A stretch of DNA of 64,000 bases from Pseudomonadota bacterium (GCA_043747835.1 JAYTOK010000053.1:47809-111808), one strand, 5' to 3'; counted from the first letter of the stretch, positions 25,158-34,561 are shown. Translations and numbers: made by a program. Notes: generated from the letters alone by a model not told the origin.

Positions 25158-27719
25158 ATGCGCTCAGCGCCCCGTTTCGCTGCCAGCCTGGTTGTCCAGG
25201 CAGCCGCCTTGTTGCTCGTGGCCTGCGGCGGCAGAGACGACAACGAAGTTGCGCCACCTCCGCCGCCACCCCCGCCGGCCGCTGACACGACCGCGCCCAG
25301 CGTACCCGCGGGCATCGCGGCCGCCGCGCAATCCACGACGTCGATCGTGGTGACGTGGACCGCGTCGACGGACGCCGGAACGGGCGTCGCGGGTTACCGT
25401 GTGTTCCGCGGCGCGGTGACGACTCCGGTCGCCACGGTCACGGCTACTAACTACACGGACGCCGGGCTCACCGCCGCGACGAACTACAGCTACACCGTGG
25501 TGGCATTCGACGCCGCCACGCCCGCGAACGTCTCCGCCGCGTCCGCGGCCGCCACCGCGACGACGAATTCGCCGCCGCCCCCCGGTGGAACGTCGGGACT
25601 CGATGCACGGCCTGCGAACACGACCTGTCTCGCCGGCGACCCGCCCAGCACCACGGTGAGCATCGCCGTGCAGCGCGTGTTCCCGAATCTCACGTTTCCG
25701 CTCGCGCCGACCGCAACCTCGCGGCAGACCATCGCAATGCTGCAGGCACCGGGCAACGGTGCGCGCTGGTACGTCGTGCAGAAGACGGGTTCGATCCGCG
25801 TGTTCGACATCACGCCGAACGTTGCCACGTCGACCGAGTTCATCAACGTCGCATCGCGCCTCAACTCGAACGTGGCCAGCGACAACGACGAGCGCGGCCT
25901 GCTCGGCATGGCGTTCCATCCAAACTACCCGACGGACCCGCGCGTCTATCTCTTCTACACCGGCACGACGGGCGGCAATCTCGTCGATCGCGTGTCGGAG
26001 TTCCGCACGCTCGATGGCGGCGCGACGCTGTCGCTGGGCTCGGAGCTCGAGCTGCTCAACGTCGCCGACCCGGAGGGCAATCACAACGGCGGCAATATCG
26101 CGTTCGGACCGGACGGCTTCCTCTACATCGGCATCGGCGACGGCGGTGGCGCCAACGATGCGCATGGCACGATTGGCAATGGCCAGTTGCTGACGACGCT
26201 GCTGGGAAAGATGCTGCGCATCGACGTGGCGAACTCGACGATGGCCAATCCGTACGTGATCCCGCCGTCGAATCCGTATTCCGCGAACGCGCGCTGCACG
26301 GGCGGCACCGGCGCGGCGAATTGCCCCGAAATCTATGCGTACGGCTTCCGCAATCCGTGGCGCTGGAGCTTCGATCGCGAGAGCGGGCAGCTCTGGCTCA
26401 ACGACGTCGGTCAGGTCACGCTCGAGGAAGTGGACCTCGTGACGCTCGGCGGCAACTACGGCTGGCGCTGCCGCGAGGGTAATCAGCCCTTCAACGCGGC
26501 TTGCGGCTCGAACCCCGCGCCCATCGAGCCCATCGCCGTTTACGGCCGCACGCTCGGCGTATCCACGACCGGCGGCGTCGTCTATCGCGGCAGCGCGATC
26601 CCGTCGCTCCACGGCCGCTATCTGTTCGGTGACTTCGTGACCGGCAATCTCTGGCACATCTCGCGATCGACGGCGCCGACCATGACCCTGGGAGCGGGAC
26701 TATCTACCGGGCTGAACATCGCGTCGTTCGGACAGGACATCGACGGCGAGGCGTACATCGTCCACCTGGGCGGCACGCTGCACCGGATCGTGCCCGGCAC
26801 CGGCGGTGGCCGGCAGGTCCCGACGCAGTTGTCGGCGACCGGCTGCGTGAACGCGACCACGCCGACGCAGCCCGCGACCGGCCTCATTCCCTACGCGCCG
26901 AATGCGCCGTTCTTCTCCGACGCCGCGGTGAAGACGCGCTGGCTCGCGCTACCCGACGGCCAGAACATCACGATCGACGCCAGCAACGACTTCGATTTCC
27001 CGAACGGCAGCGTGCTCGTGAAGAACTTCCGGATAGGCACGGCGCTCGCCGAGACCCGGCTCTTCATGCGCCACAGCGATGGCATCTGGGCGGGCTACAC
27101 CTACGAGTGGAATGCCGGCGGCACCGACGCGACACGCGTCGTCGGCGGCAAGACCGTGACCGTCGGTGGCCAGACCTGGCAGTTCCCGAGCGAGGCGCAG
27201 TGCCTGCAGTGTCACACCGCCGCGGCGGGCCGCACGCTCGGCCTCGAGATCGGCACGTTGAACGGCGATTTCGGTTACCCAGCTCGCACCGCGAATCAAC
27301 TCACGACCTTGAACACGATCGGCACGCTGACTCCCGCGCTCACGCAGACGCCGGCCCAACTACCCGTGATTCCGGATCCGGCCGGCGGCGCGCCGGTGGG
27401 CGCGCGGGCGCGCGCGTATCTGCATGCGAATTGCTCGTACTGTCACCGCCCGGGCGGCACCGCGCCGGGCGACCAGGATTTCCGTTACACGACAACGCTC
27501 GCGCAGACGAATACCTGCGATATCGCGCCGACGTTGGGCACTCTCGGGATCACGGATCCGCGGCGCATCGCGCCGGGCTCGGCGGCGCGCTCGGTCGTCG
27601 TCGCGCGCGTGAACCGGACGGGAGCGGATGCGATGCCGCCGATCATGCGGCACACGATCGATACGGCTGGCGTGACGCTGCTGACGACGTGGGTGAACGG
27701 GCTGACGAGCTGCAACTGA
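25158..27719 (+). CDS. lipoprotein: FN3 domain + PQQ-dependent sugar (glucose/sorbosone) dehydrogenase beta-propeller + C-terminal diheme c-type cytochrome-like domain
   Basis: Lipobox LLLVAC and a poly-Pro linker. FN3-like segment TSIVVTWTASTD...YSYTVVAFD. SGDH motifs HNGGNIAFGPDGFLYIGIGDGG and YGFRNPWRWSFD. Two CxxCH motifs at 27201-27215 (CLQCH) and 27432-27446 (CSYCH). Confidence 0.8.
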   Translation: MRSAPRFAASLVVQAAALLLVACGGRDDNEVAPPPPPPPPAADTTAPSVPAGIAAAAQSTTSIVVTWTASTDAGTGVAGYRVFRGAVTTPVATVTATNYTDAGLTAATNYSYTVVAFDAATPANVSAASAAATATTNSPPPPGGTSGLDARPANTTCLAGDPPSTTVSIAVQRVFPNLTFPLAPTATSRQTIAMLQAPGNGARWYVVQKTGSIRVFDITPNVATSTEFINVASRLNSNVASDNDERGLLGMAFHPNYPTDPRVYLFYTGTTGGNLVDRVSEFRTLDGGATLSLGSELELLNVADPEGNHNGGNIAFGPDGFLYIGIGDGGGANDAHGTIGNGQLLTTLLGKMLRIDVANSTMANPYVIPPSNPYSANARCTGGTGAANCPEIYAYGFRNPWRWSFDRESGQLWLNDVGQVTLEEVDLVTLGGNYGWRCREGNQPFNAACGSNPAPIEPIAVYGRTLGVSTTGGVVYRGSAIPSLHGRYLFGDFVTGNLWHISRSTAPTMTLGAGLSTGLNIASFGQDIDGEAYIVHLGGTLHRIVPGTGGGRQVPTQLSATGCVNATTPTQPATGLIPYAPNAPFFSDAAVKTRWLALPDGQNITIDASNDFDFPNGSVLVKNFRIGTALAETRLFMRHSDGIWAGYTYEWNAGGTDATRVVGGKTVTVGGQTWQFPSEAQCLQCHTAAAGRTLGLEIGTLNGDFGYPARTANQLTTLNTIGTLTPALTQTPAQLPVIPDPAGGAPVGARARAYLHANCSYCHRPGGTAPGDQDFRYTTTLAQTNTCDIAPTLGTLGITDPRRIAPGSAARSVVVARVNRTGADAMPPIMRHTIDTAGVTLLTTWVNGLTSCN

Positions 27720-27721
27720 AT

Positions 27722-27843
27722 GGTGCCGCGAAGAATTAAGGTGCCGGGGAGGGGTTCTCGTGGTTGCGAACCAAATTCGCTCGATTGGGCGCGGCAGATC
27801 GCAACCACGAGAACCCCTCCCCGGCACCTTAATTCTCGGCACC
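27722..27843. repeat. large palindromic element: 37-bp perfect inverted repeat with a 29-nt loop
   Basis: Arms GAATTAAGGTGCCGGGGAGGGGTTCTCGTGGTTGCGA at 27733-27769 and its exact reverse complement at 27799-27835, plus outer pairing GGTGCCG/CGGCACC. It fills the gap between two convergent genes. Confidence 0.9.
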
Positions 27844-27844
27844 C

Positions 27845-28258
27845 CTACTCGTTGACGACGCGCTTCTCGTCGAACTTCATGATCGCCTTGCCCGACGTCA
27901 CGGTGACTTCGCCCTCGATCCGCGCGCCATTCGCGATCGCAAGCACCTTCGCGACAATCTCGCCCTGGATCACGGCGCTCGCGCCGATCTCGAGCTTGTC
28001 CTCGATCATGATTTTTCCCGTCACCTGACCGGCGATGACGGCGGAACGGGCGCCGATGCTGCCCTCCCAGTGCGCGCTCTTGCCGATGCTCAACGCACCG
28101 CCGACGCGGCCGTCACCGCGCACGTGGCCGGAAACCATGAGAGGCCCGCGCGTCTCGACGTCACCCACGATGGTCGTGCTTTCGGAAATCACGGTGGGGG
28201 ACATGCCGAAGCGATCGGCGAGTCTGCGTTTGGGTTCTTCGCTCATGGTCCTCTCCAC
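27845..28258 (-). CDS. bactofilin-family cytoskeletal protein
   Basis: 137 aa with a DUF583-type beta-helical repeat pattern (VIAGQVTGKIMIEDKLEIGASAVIQGEIVAKVLAIANGARIEGEV). Confidence 0.85.
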   Translation of the reverse strand: MERTMSEEPKRRLADRFGMSPTVISESTTIVGDVETRGPLMVSGHVRGDGRVGGALSIGKSAHWEGSIGARSAVIAGQVTGKIMIEDKLEIGASAVIQGEIVAKVLAIANGARIEGEVTVTSGKAIMKFDEKRVVNE

Positions 28259-28305
28259 TCGACGCTGCGATTACAATAAGCCGACTGCTCCCGGGGATCA
28301 TAACC

Positions 28306-29001
28306 ATGTCCACACGCGCTCTCGTGACGCTGTTCGCAATCCCGCTGCTCGCGCTCACGGCCTGCAGCCGCGAAAGCAGCGATTGGCGCTCGGCGCAGGC
28401 CGCGGACACCGCGGAGTCGTACGAGCAGTTCATCTCCGCGCATCCGGACAGCACGCGCATCGCGAGCGCGCGCGAGCGTCTCGCGCAACTCGCGGAAGAA
28501 AAGGATTGGCGCAGCGCGGCAGAGGTGGACACGCTCGAGGCGTATCAGCGATTCGTGGAGCAATACCCCGCGGGCCGATGGGCGAAGGAAGCGCGAACGC
28601 GCTTGGACAATTTCGCGACGGGCGCCGCTGCGGCCACCGTGGGATCGCTCAACGCCGCGACTCCCGCGGCGGCAGCCACTGGCGAAGATCCGCCGCAGAC
28701 GGGCAGCGCTGTGCCCGAAGCCGCGCCGGCGACTCCCGATTCCGCGAGCGGATTCGGCGTTCAGCTCGGCGCATTTTCAACGGCTGAGCGCGCGAACGAC
28801 GAGTGGAAAAAGCTCCAGGCGGATGCGAACGGCATGCTCGATGGGCTCTCTCCGCGCGTCGTCGTTGGTGAGGTCGGCGGGAAAACCATCTACCGCCTGC
28901 AAGCCGAAGTGCGCGATGAAGCGCAGGCGCGCGCGATCTGCGGCGGACTCAAGGTCGCGAAAAAACCCTGCGTGCCGGTCCTGCCGGTCGTTGCGCCGTG
29001 A
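28306..29001 (+). CDS. SPOR domain-containing lipoprotein
   Basis: Lipobox LALTAC, TPR-like N-terminal repeats and a C-terminal SPOR-like domain FGVQLGAFSTAERANDEWKKL...YRLQAE. Confidence 0.8.
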   Translation: MSTRALVTLFAIPLLALTACSRESSDWRSAQAADTAESYEQFISAHPDSTRIASARERLAQLAEEKDWRSAAEVDTLEAYQRFVEQYPAGRWAKEARTRLDNFATGAAAATVGSLNAATPAAAATGEDPPQTGSAVPEAAPATPDSASGFGVQLGAFSTAERANDEWKKLQADANGMLDGLSPRVVVGEVGGKTIYRLQAEVRDEAQARAICGGLKVAKKPCVPVLPVVAP

Positions 29002-29148
29002 GCCTCGAAGCGACCCGTTAACAGAAGCTCGGCAGCTTTCAACGCAACGCAGCCGCGCGTGTCACTTCCTGACGCTGCGCGTCACCTCGCAACGCCGTAA
29101 GACTTCGGCGCTGTCTCTAACTCTTTGATTTCACTGAAGCCGACGCGC

Positions 29149-29164
29149 TGGCACGCCTGTTGCT
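29149..29164 (+). promoter_or_regulatory. sigma-54 (RpoN) type -24/-12 promoter motif
   Basis: TGGCAC-gcctg-TTGCT is an exact match to the canonical TGGCAC-N5-TTGCW. It lies in a 500-bp gene-free gap and is oriented toward the terminator at 29411. Confidence 0.5.
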
Positions 29165-29410
29165 TTGTCCTACCTCGTGATGACGAGATCCACAGTGACG
29201 CTGATTCTTCCCCACGCACAGGGCGTCGCGAGTACGCGCCCGGCGGTGGCGGGGATGATGGTGAAGCGCCGACGCGGTGGCAGCGTGATGTTCGCGCCCA
29301 TCGATGCCCGGCTCGCTCGCGCCCAGCTCTCCGCGATCCAGGCCATCCAGGTTTCGAGGTAGCTCCTCAACAGAACTGCGAACAACTCTTCCCCGGTGTT
29401 CGCTTCTTGG

Positions 29411-29450
29411 CGCCGCAGACGACTTCCCCCGTCTGCGGCGCTTTTCTTTT
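29411..29450 (+). terminator. rho-independent terminator
   Basis: CGCCGCAGAC-gacttccccc-GTCTGCGGCG forms a 10-bp perfect GC-rich stem followed by CTTTTCTTTT. There is no T-run on the opposite strand. Confidence 0.7.
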
Positions 29451-29499
29451 CCCGACCCGCACTCGTAGAGTTGCGCACCTTCCGTTTCAGGTGCGTCGC

Positions 29500-30906
29500 A
29501 TGTCCCATTCCTTCGTCCGCGTCGTCAGCCTCGTTTGTCTGCTGACGGCAGGCGTCGCCTCCGCCGCAACCAAACCCGCGAAACCAGCGCCGCCAGCGCG
29601 CGTGCCGGGGCTCGAGCAGGTGCAGTCGACGACGCTCGCGAACGGCATGAAGGTGATCGTCTGGACGGATCGCGACATCCCGAATGTCGCGCTCTACAAC
29701 TGGGTGCGCGTCGGCAGCCGCAACGAAGTGCCCGGCATCACCGGTCTCGCGCATTTCTTCGAGCACATGATGTTCAACGGCACGAGCAAACGCGCGCCGG
29801 GCGAATTCGATCGCATCATGGAAGCGCAGGGCGGCGCCAACAACGCATACACGAGCGACGACGTGACGGTTTATCAGGACTGGATCCCGCGCAGCGCGCT
29901 CGATCTCGTGTTCGATCTCGAGGCCGACCGCCTCGCGAACCTCGCGTTCGATGCCAAGGTGATCGAGAGCGAGCGCGGCGTGGTGTATTCGGAGCGCCGG
30001 TTGCGCAACGAGGACAGCAACGAAGGCATGTTGTTCGAGCAGGTGCAGGCGACCGCGTTCGTCGCGCACCCGTACCAGTTCCCGACGATCGGTTGGCCCG
30101 CGGACATCCAGGGATGGAAGATCGAAGACCTGCAGAATTTCTTCAAGACCCACTACGCGCCCAACAATTGCACGCTGCTCCTGGTCGGTGACATCACCGC
30201 GGAAGAGGGCTTCGCGTTCGCGAAGAAATATCTCGAGCCAATCCCGAAGCAGGCGCCGCCGCCGCCCGTGCGTACGACGGAGCCCGAGCAGATGGGCGAG
30301 AAGCGCGTGCGAGTCGAGCGCGAGTCGCAGACGCCGCTGCTCTACATCGCGTACAAGTCGCCCGCCGCGAACGACCCGCAGGGCCCCGCGATCAACCTGC
30401 TGCTGTCGGTGCTCACCGAGGGCAATTCGTCGCGCCTGCATCGCCTGCTGGTCGAGGAGAAGAAGATCGCGATCGACGTGTCCGCGCATTTCATGGAGGG
30501 GTTCGACCCCGGCCTCACGTGGGTGATGCTCACGCTGCCGGAGGGCGCGGACATCCCGGCCGTCGAAGCCGCGCTCGATGCCGCGCTCGCGGACGTCGTG
30601 GCGATGGGCGTGACGGATGCCGAACTCGCGCGCGCGAAGAATCTCAATGCCTCGACGTTCTGGAAACAGCTCGCGACGATCAATGGCAAGGCCGGCCTGC
30701 TCGGCGCGCATGAAGTTTTCGAAGGCGACTACAAGAAGCTGTTCGACTCGCCCGCGACGTACGACAAGGTTTCGCGCGACGATCTGCAGAAGGCGGCCGC
30801 GCTGGTGTTCCGCAACGAGCGGCGCACGGTGGGTGTGCTGACGTCGCCGCCGGTCAAGGAGCCTGCTGCAACCGAAGCGCCTGCATCCGCGGAGGTGAAG
30901 AAATGA
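29500..30906 (+). CDS. M16-family (pitrilysin-like) zinc peptidase, active subunit
   Basis: Track ORF trimmed to MSHSFVRVVSLVCLLTAGVASA (signal peptide). Inverted zinc motif HFFEH (HxxEH). Confidence 0.85.
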   Translation: MSHSFVRVVSLVCLLTAGVASAATKPAKPAPPARVPGLEQVQSTTLANGMKVIVWTDRDIPNVALYNWVRVGSRNEVPGITGLAHFFEHMMFNGTSKRAPGEFDRIMEAQGGANNAYTSDDVTVYQDWIPRSALDLVFDLEADRLANLAFDAKVIESERGVVYSERRLRNEDSNEGMLFEQVQATAFVAHPYQFPTIGWPADIQGWKIEDLQNFFKTHYAPNNCTLLLVGDITAEEGFAFAKKYLEPIPKQAPPPPVRTTEPEQMGEKRVRVERESQTPLLYIAYKSPAANDPQGPAINLLLSVLTEGNSSRLHRLLVEEKKIAIDVSAHFMEGFDPGLTWVMLTLPEGADIPAVEAALDAALADVVAMGVTDAELARAKNLNASTFWKQLATINGKAGLLGAHEVFEGDYKKLFDSPATYDKVSRDDLQKAAALVFRNERRTVGVLTSPPVKEPAATEAPASAEVKK

Positions 30907-32336
30907 ACCGCTTCACCACGTTGTTAGGCGCGCTCGTGCTGGGCGTTTCGCTGGCAACGGCCGGCATGGCAGTGGATAAAGTCCCTGCGACCGCGGGCCC
31001 TGGCGTCAAAGTCCCCGCGAACCAGCGTTTCACGCTACCCAACGGACTCACGATCATCCTCGTGCCGAAGAAGGACGTGCCGCTCATCGCGTTCGCGGGT
31101 TACGTGCGCGGGGGTGCGTTGGCGGATCCGGCGGGCAAGCCCGGCGTCGCGTCGCTCGTCGCGGGGCTGCTCGATCGCGGCGCGGGCAAACGCAATGCGT
31201 ACCAGTTCGCGGACGCGGTCGAAGGCGTCGGCGGCAGCTTCAACGCGAACGCAACTTCAGAATCGATCACGTTGAACGGACAGTTTCTCGCGCGCGATCG
31301 TACGCTCATGATCGAGCTCGTCGCGGATGCGCTAGTGCGACCGATATTCGACGCCGCGGAGTTCGAGTCCTACCGCAATCGTGAGATCGAATTCATCAAG
31401 TCGGCGAAGGATTCCGATCCCTCGCAGATCGTCGCGATCTACGGCCGCGCGGCGCTATTCGGCGCGCATCCCTATGGCCGGCCGCAGAGCGGCAGCGAGC
31501 GTTCGCTCGCGTCGATCACCCGGGCCGACGTAGCCGACTACCACGCGCGGAACTTCGGCGCCGATCGCGCCGCGCTCGTGTTCGCGGGCGATCTCGATCC
31601 GAAGTGGATGAAGACGGCGCTGACCGCCGCGTTCGGTAGTTGGGGCAAGGCGCAGGCGCCGCTGCCCAAGCTCGAGCGCGCGCCGCGCGTGACGGGCCGT
31701 CGCGTATTGCTGGTCGATTCACCGGGCGCTGTGCAGACTTACTTTTGGATCGCCAACGTCGGCGTCGATCGCCGCTACAGCGGCCGACCCGCGCTCGACC
31801 TCGTGAACACGCTGTACGGCGGACGCTTCACGTCGATCCTCAATACCGAGCTGCGCATCAAGTCGGGCCTCTCGTATGGCGCGTCGTCGTCGTTCGCGCG
31901 CGGCACCGTGCCCGGCGCGTTCGCGATCCGCTCGTTCACGCAGACCGACAACACCGCCAAGGCGCTCGATCTCACGCTCGAGACGCTCGAGAACCTCAAA
32001 CGCGGCGCGCTCGAGCCCGCAATGCTCGAGTCCGTGCGCGCGTATGTGCTCGGCCAATACCCGCTGCAGCTAGAGACCGCGGCGCATTGGGCCGGCACGC
32101 TCTCCGACCTCGAGTTCTACGGGCTCGGCAAGGACTACATCGAAGGCTATGGTCCGGCGATCGCGACAGTGGATCTCGCGGAGACCGCGGCGGTCACGGC
32201 GGATGCGTTTCCGCGGCCGGTCGATCTCGTCATCGTGCTGATCGGCGACGCGGCGAAGATTCGCGAGGCAGCGCAGAAGTACGGCACCGTCACGGAGATG
32301 AAGATTTCCGACACCGATTTCTCGCCGGGGAAGTAA
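30903..32336 (+). CDS. M16-family peptidase-like protein lacking HxxEH (non-catalytic partner)
   Basis: ATGA overlap with the upstream M16 gene. Signal peptide and M16 fold-like sequence, but no HxxEH motif was seen. Confidence 0.75.
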   Translation: MNRFTTLLGALVLGVSLATAGMAVDKVPATAGPGVKVPANQRFTLPNGLTIILVPKKDVPLIAFAGYVRGGALADPAGKPGVASLVAGLLDRGAGKRNAYQFADAVEGVGGSFNANATSESITLNGQFLARDRTLMIELVADALVRPIFDAAEFESYRNREIEFIKSAKDSDPSQIVAIYGRAALFGAHPYGRPQSGSERSLASITRADVADYHARNFGADRAALVFAGDLDPKWMKTALTAAFGSWGKAQAPLPKLERAPRVTGRRVLLVDSPGAVQTYFWIANVGVDRRYSGRPALDLVNTLYGGRFTSILNTELRIKSGLSYGASSSFARGTVPGAFAIRSFTQTDNTAKALDLTLETLENLKRGALEPAMLESVRAYVLGQYPLQLETAAHWAGTLSDLEFYGLGKDYIEGYGPAIATVDLAETAAVTADAFPRPVDLVIVLIGDAAKIREAAQKYGTVTEMKISDTDFSPGK

Positions 32337-33245
32337 ATGGCGGATCACGGCTCGTCGGCCAAGGCGATTCTCTACGCCTTCGTCGCCAATCTCGGCATCG
32401 CGCTGGCGAAGCTCGCGGCGTCCATCTACACGAACTCGGGCAGCATGCTGGCCGAGGCGATCCACTCGTTCGCGGATTGCGGCAACCAGGTGTTGCTGTT
32501 CATCGGCCTCAAGCAATCGCAGAAGCCGGCCGACGCGAAGCACCCGCTGGGGTACGGGAAGATCACGTACTTCTGGAGCTTCGTCGTCGCGTTGCTGCTG
32601 TTCTCGATGGGCGGTCTGTTCTCCATCTACGAGGGCTGGCACAAGTTGTCGGCGCACGAGCCGCTCAACAAACCGTGGGTTGCGTTGTTGGTGCTCGGTT
32701 TGTCGATCGGACTCGAGTTCGGTTCGTTGATGGGCTGCCTGCGCGAGATCAAGAAGCTGCGCAAGGGCAAGTCGCTGGGTTACTGGCTCAGGAACACGCG
32801 CAACGCGGAGCTCGTCGTGGTGCTGGGCGAAGACGTCGCCGCGCTGGTCGGCCTCGCGCTCGCCTTTGTCTTCGTGGCGCTCGCCACCGCGACCGGCCAG
32901 CCGGTCTTCGACGCGATCGGTTCCATCGTGATCGGGGTGATCCTCGTCTGCGTCTCGGTATTCATCGCGATCCGCATCAAGGGACTGATCGTCGGCCGGT
33001 CGGCGGAAGACGATCTGCAGGAGGCGATCCGCGCGGACATCGAGTCCGATCCGAACATCGACGGATTGCTGAATGCGATCACGATGCAAATGGGGCCGGA
33101 CGTGATGCTCGCGCTGAAGGTGCGCATGAAGGCGGGCGTCCCCATCGAAGTTGCCGCGCGGCACATCAATGCGCTGGAGCAGCGCATCAAGGCGAAGTTT
33201 CCCGAGGTGAAGTGGTTGTTCGTAGAGCCCGACGTCGCCGACTGA
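32337..33245 (+). CDS. cation diffusion facilitator (CDF) family transporter
   Basis: Typical CDF N-terminus AILYAFVANLGIALAKL...AEAIHSFADCGNQ, six TM helices and a C-terminal cytoplasmic domain. Confidence 0.85.
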   Translation: MADHGSSAKAILYAFVANLGIALAKLAASIYTNSGSMLAEAIHSFADCGNQVLLFIGLKQSQKPADAKHPLGYGKITYFWSFVVALLLFSMGGLFSIYEGWHKLSAHEPLNKPWVALLVLGLSIGLEFGSLMGCLREIKKLRKGKSLGYWLRNTRNAELVVVLGEDVAALVGLALAFVFVALATATGQPVFDAIGSIVIGVILVCVSVFIAIRIKGLIVGRSAEDDLQEAIRADIESDPNIDGLLNAITMQMGPDVMLALKVRMKAGVPIEVAARHINALEQRIKAKFPEVKWLFVEPDVAD

Positions 33246-33288
33246 AAATAGGGGTCAGGTCCCATTTCCGATCCGGTCTGGAGTCACG

Positions 33289-33963
33289 TTGCCGATACTC
33301 AAACTACCCGGTGGGACGGACATTGCGGAAATGGTGTTTTTCGCCGCCTCCGCCATGCCCGATCGCGTGCCAGGCCCTCCCGAGTTAGAGCAGCTCGAGC
33401 GCGATCGCAAGGTCATCCGCTTCGACACCGGCGCCGATGGTGGATATCTGCTCTACGCTTACGTCGAAGAGGACATACCGCTCGAGCTGCGTGCGCAATG
33501 CCTCGCCGAAGTCAGGATCGACGGCGAACTCGAGATTCCGGACGGACGGGTTGCGTTCGGCGGCGCCGAGTCCTGCGTGAGCGATTTCCAGCCGAACAAG
33601 AGCATCCGCAGCGACGGACTGGTGTCGCCAGGAACCTATTCCGTGACTGCGTTCCTCACCGACATCCCGGAAGAGAAATACCAACGGGATCTTGTCGAGC
33701 TCCATTCGCGAACCGGCAATCGCGTCAGAATTCTTCGTTGGCTGCCGCGCGTGCCGATCCTGGTAGGCATCCCGATTCTCTTCTATCAAGTCGTGGCCGG
33801 CACATTCTGGATTGCCCTTGCCGTCGGCTTGGGCGCCGTCATCGTGTACAGGCTCCTCGCGAGCGTGCCGCCGATCGCGAGCGCGCGGTCGAACTACGCG
33901 GCCCAAAAGCAGGAGCTAGACATGCTCTATCCCAGCATCGTCATCGAGATGCGGCGGCGCTAG
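33289..33963 (+). CDS. hypothetical membrane protein
   Basis: 224-codon ORF with a TTG start (alternative ATG about 42 nt downstream). Two C-terminal TM helices and good codon bias. No family recognised. Confidence 0.45.
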   Translation: MPILKLPGGTDIAEMVFFAASAMPDRVPGPPELEQLERDRKVIRFDTGADGGYLLYAYVEEDIPLELRAQCLAEVRIDGELEIPDGRVAFGGAESCVSDFQPNKSIRSDGLVSPGTYSVTAFLTDIPEEKYQRDLVELHSRTGNRVRILRWLPRVPILVGIPILFYQVVAGTFWIALAVGLGAVIVYRLLASVPPIASARSNYAAQKQELDMLYPSIVIEMRRR

Positions 33964-34561
33964 CCAGCCAGTCGCGCTCCTCCGCCGTGCTGTCGCGGCC
34001 GAGCGCGGTGTTCCGGTAGGGAAATCGCCCGAACCGCCGGATCGCGTCGCGATGCTCGTGCGCATATTTCAACGTGTCCGCGAAGAACTCCCGCAACTCC
34101 GCCGGCGCCTCGTCCGCCAGCCGCTCGCAGGCCTTCACCGATGCATCCTGCGCCTCCAGCGATTCCGCGTGCTCGAGCGGTAGATAGAAGAACAGCCGCT
34201 CCACGGGATGCAACGCCTGGTCCGCGGCGAGCTGCAGTCCCTCGAACGAGAGCGCCAGCGCGCGGGCGTCGAAGGCGAAGGACTCCACGGTTCCTCGATA
34301 GATGTTTCGCGGCACCTGGTCGAACAACAGGATCAGCGCGAGCCGCCGCCGCGGCGTCGCCGCCCACGAATCGAACTCTCCACGCGCCGCGCGCAGCAGC
34401 AGCGGTTCGAGGTTCGCGCGGATCTGCGCGTCGCGCGCCTCCGCCGCCCGCCCGTCGCCACCAAACCAGAAAGTGGTCCGCTCGGTGAGACGCGCCAGAT
34501 CGAAAGATCCTTGGCCAAACCAGTAATCGAGGATGTCATTTGGGCCGTGCATGCACGTCAT
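33941..34561 (-). CDS. DUF924-family protein
   Basis: ILDYWFG N-terminus, FDQVPRNIYRG, and the C-terminal RFGRFPYRNTALGRDSTAEE motif. Start chosen at the internal ATG (MTCMHGPND). Confidence 0.8.
   Translation of the reverse strand: MTCMHGPNDILDYWFGQGSFDLARLTERTTFWFGGDGRAAEARDAQIRANLEPLLLRAARGEFDSWAATPRRRLALILLFDQVPRNIYRGTVESFAFDARALALSFEGLQLAADQALHPVERLFFYLPLEHAESLEAQDASVKACERLADEAPAELREFFADTLKYAHEHRDAIRRFGRFPYRNTALGRDSTAEERDWLASAAASR

Noticed and set aside
25164-26657. 497-aa minus-strand ORF
   Set aside because: It is antisense to the PQQ-dehydrogenase gene, which has clear family motifs.
27722-27843. Possibility that the 37-bp palindrome hides a tRNA or tRNA-derived attachment site (the flank reads TGGTGCC...)
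   Set aside because: No cloverleaf can be drawn, there is no CCA or T-loop GTTCGAATC-type motif, and no integrase is nearby.
29170-29346. 58-codon minus-strand ORF (MAWIAESW...VDLVITR) in the SPOR/M16 gap
   Set aside because: It shares third-codon positions with the plus-strand 29180-29362 ORF, so the periodicity cannot discriminate between them. It has no RBS and no terminator. The sigma-54 motif and terminator are on the plus strand. It is kept only as an alternative explanation.
33245-33272. AAAATAGGGGTCAGGTCCCATTTCC after the CDF gene as a fourth, solo copy of the repeat family
   Set aside because: It shares only the short words AAAT.GGGG and CCCATTTCC. It has no inverted partner and cannot form a comparable hairpin, so it is too degenerate to call without a genome-wide alignment.
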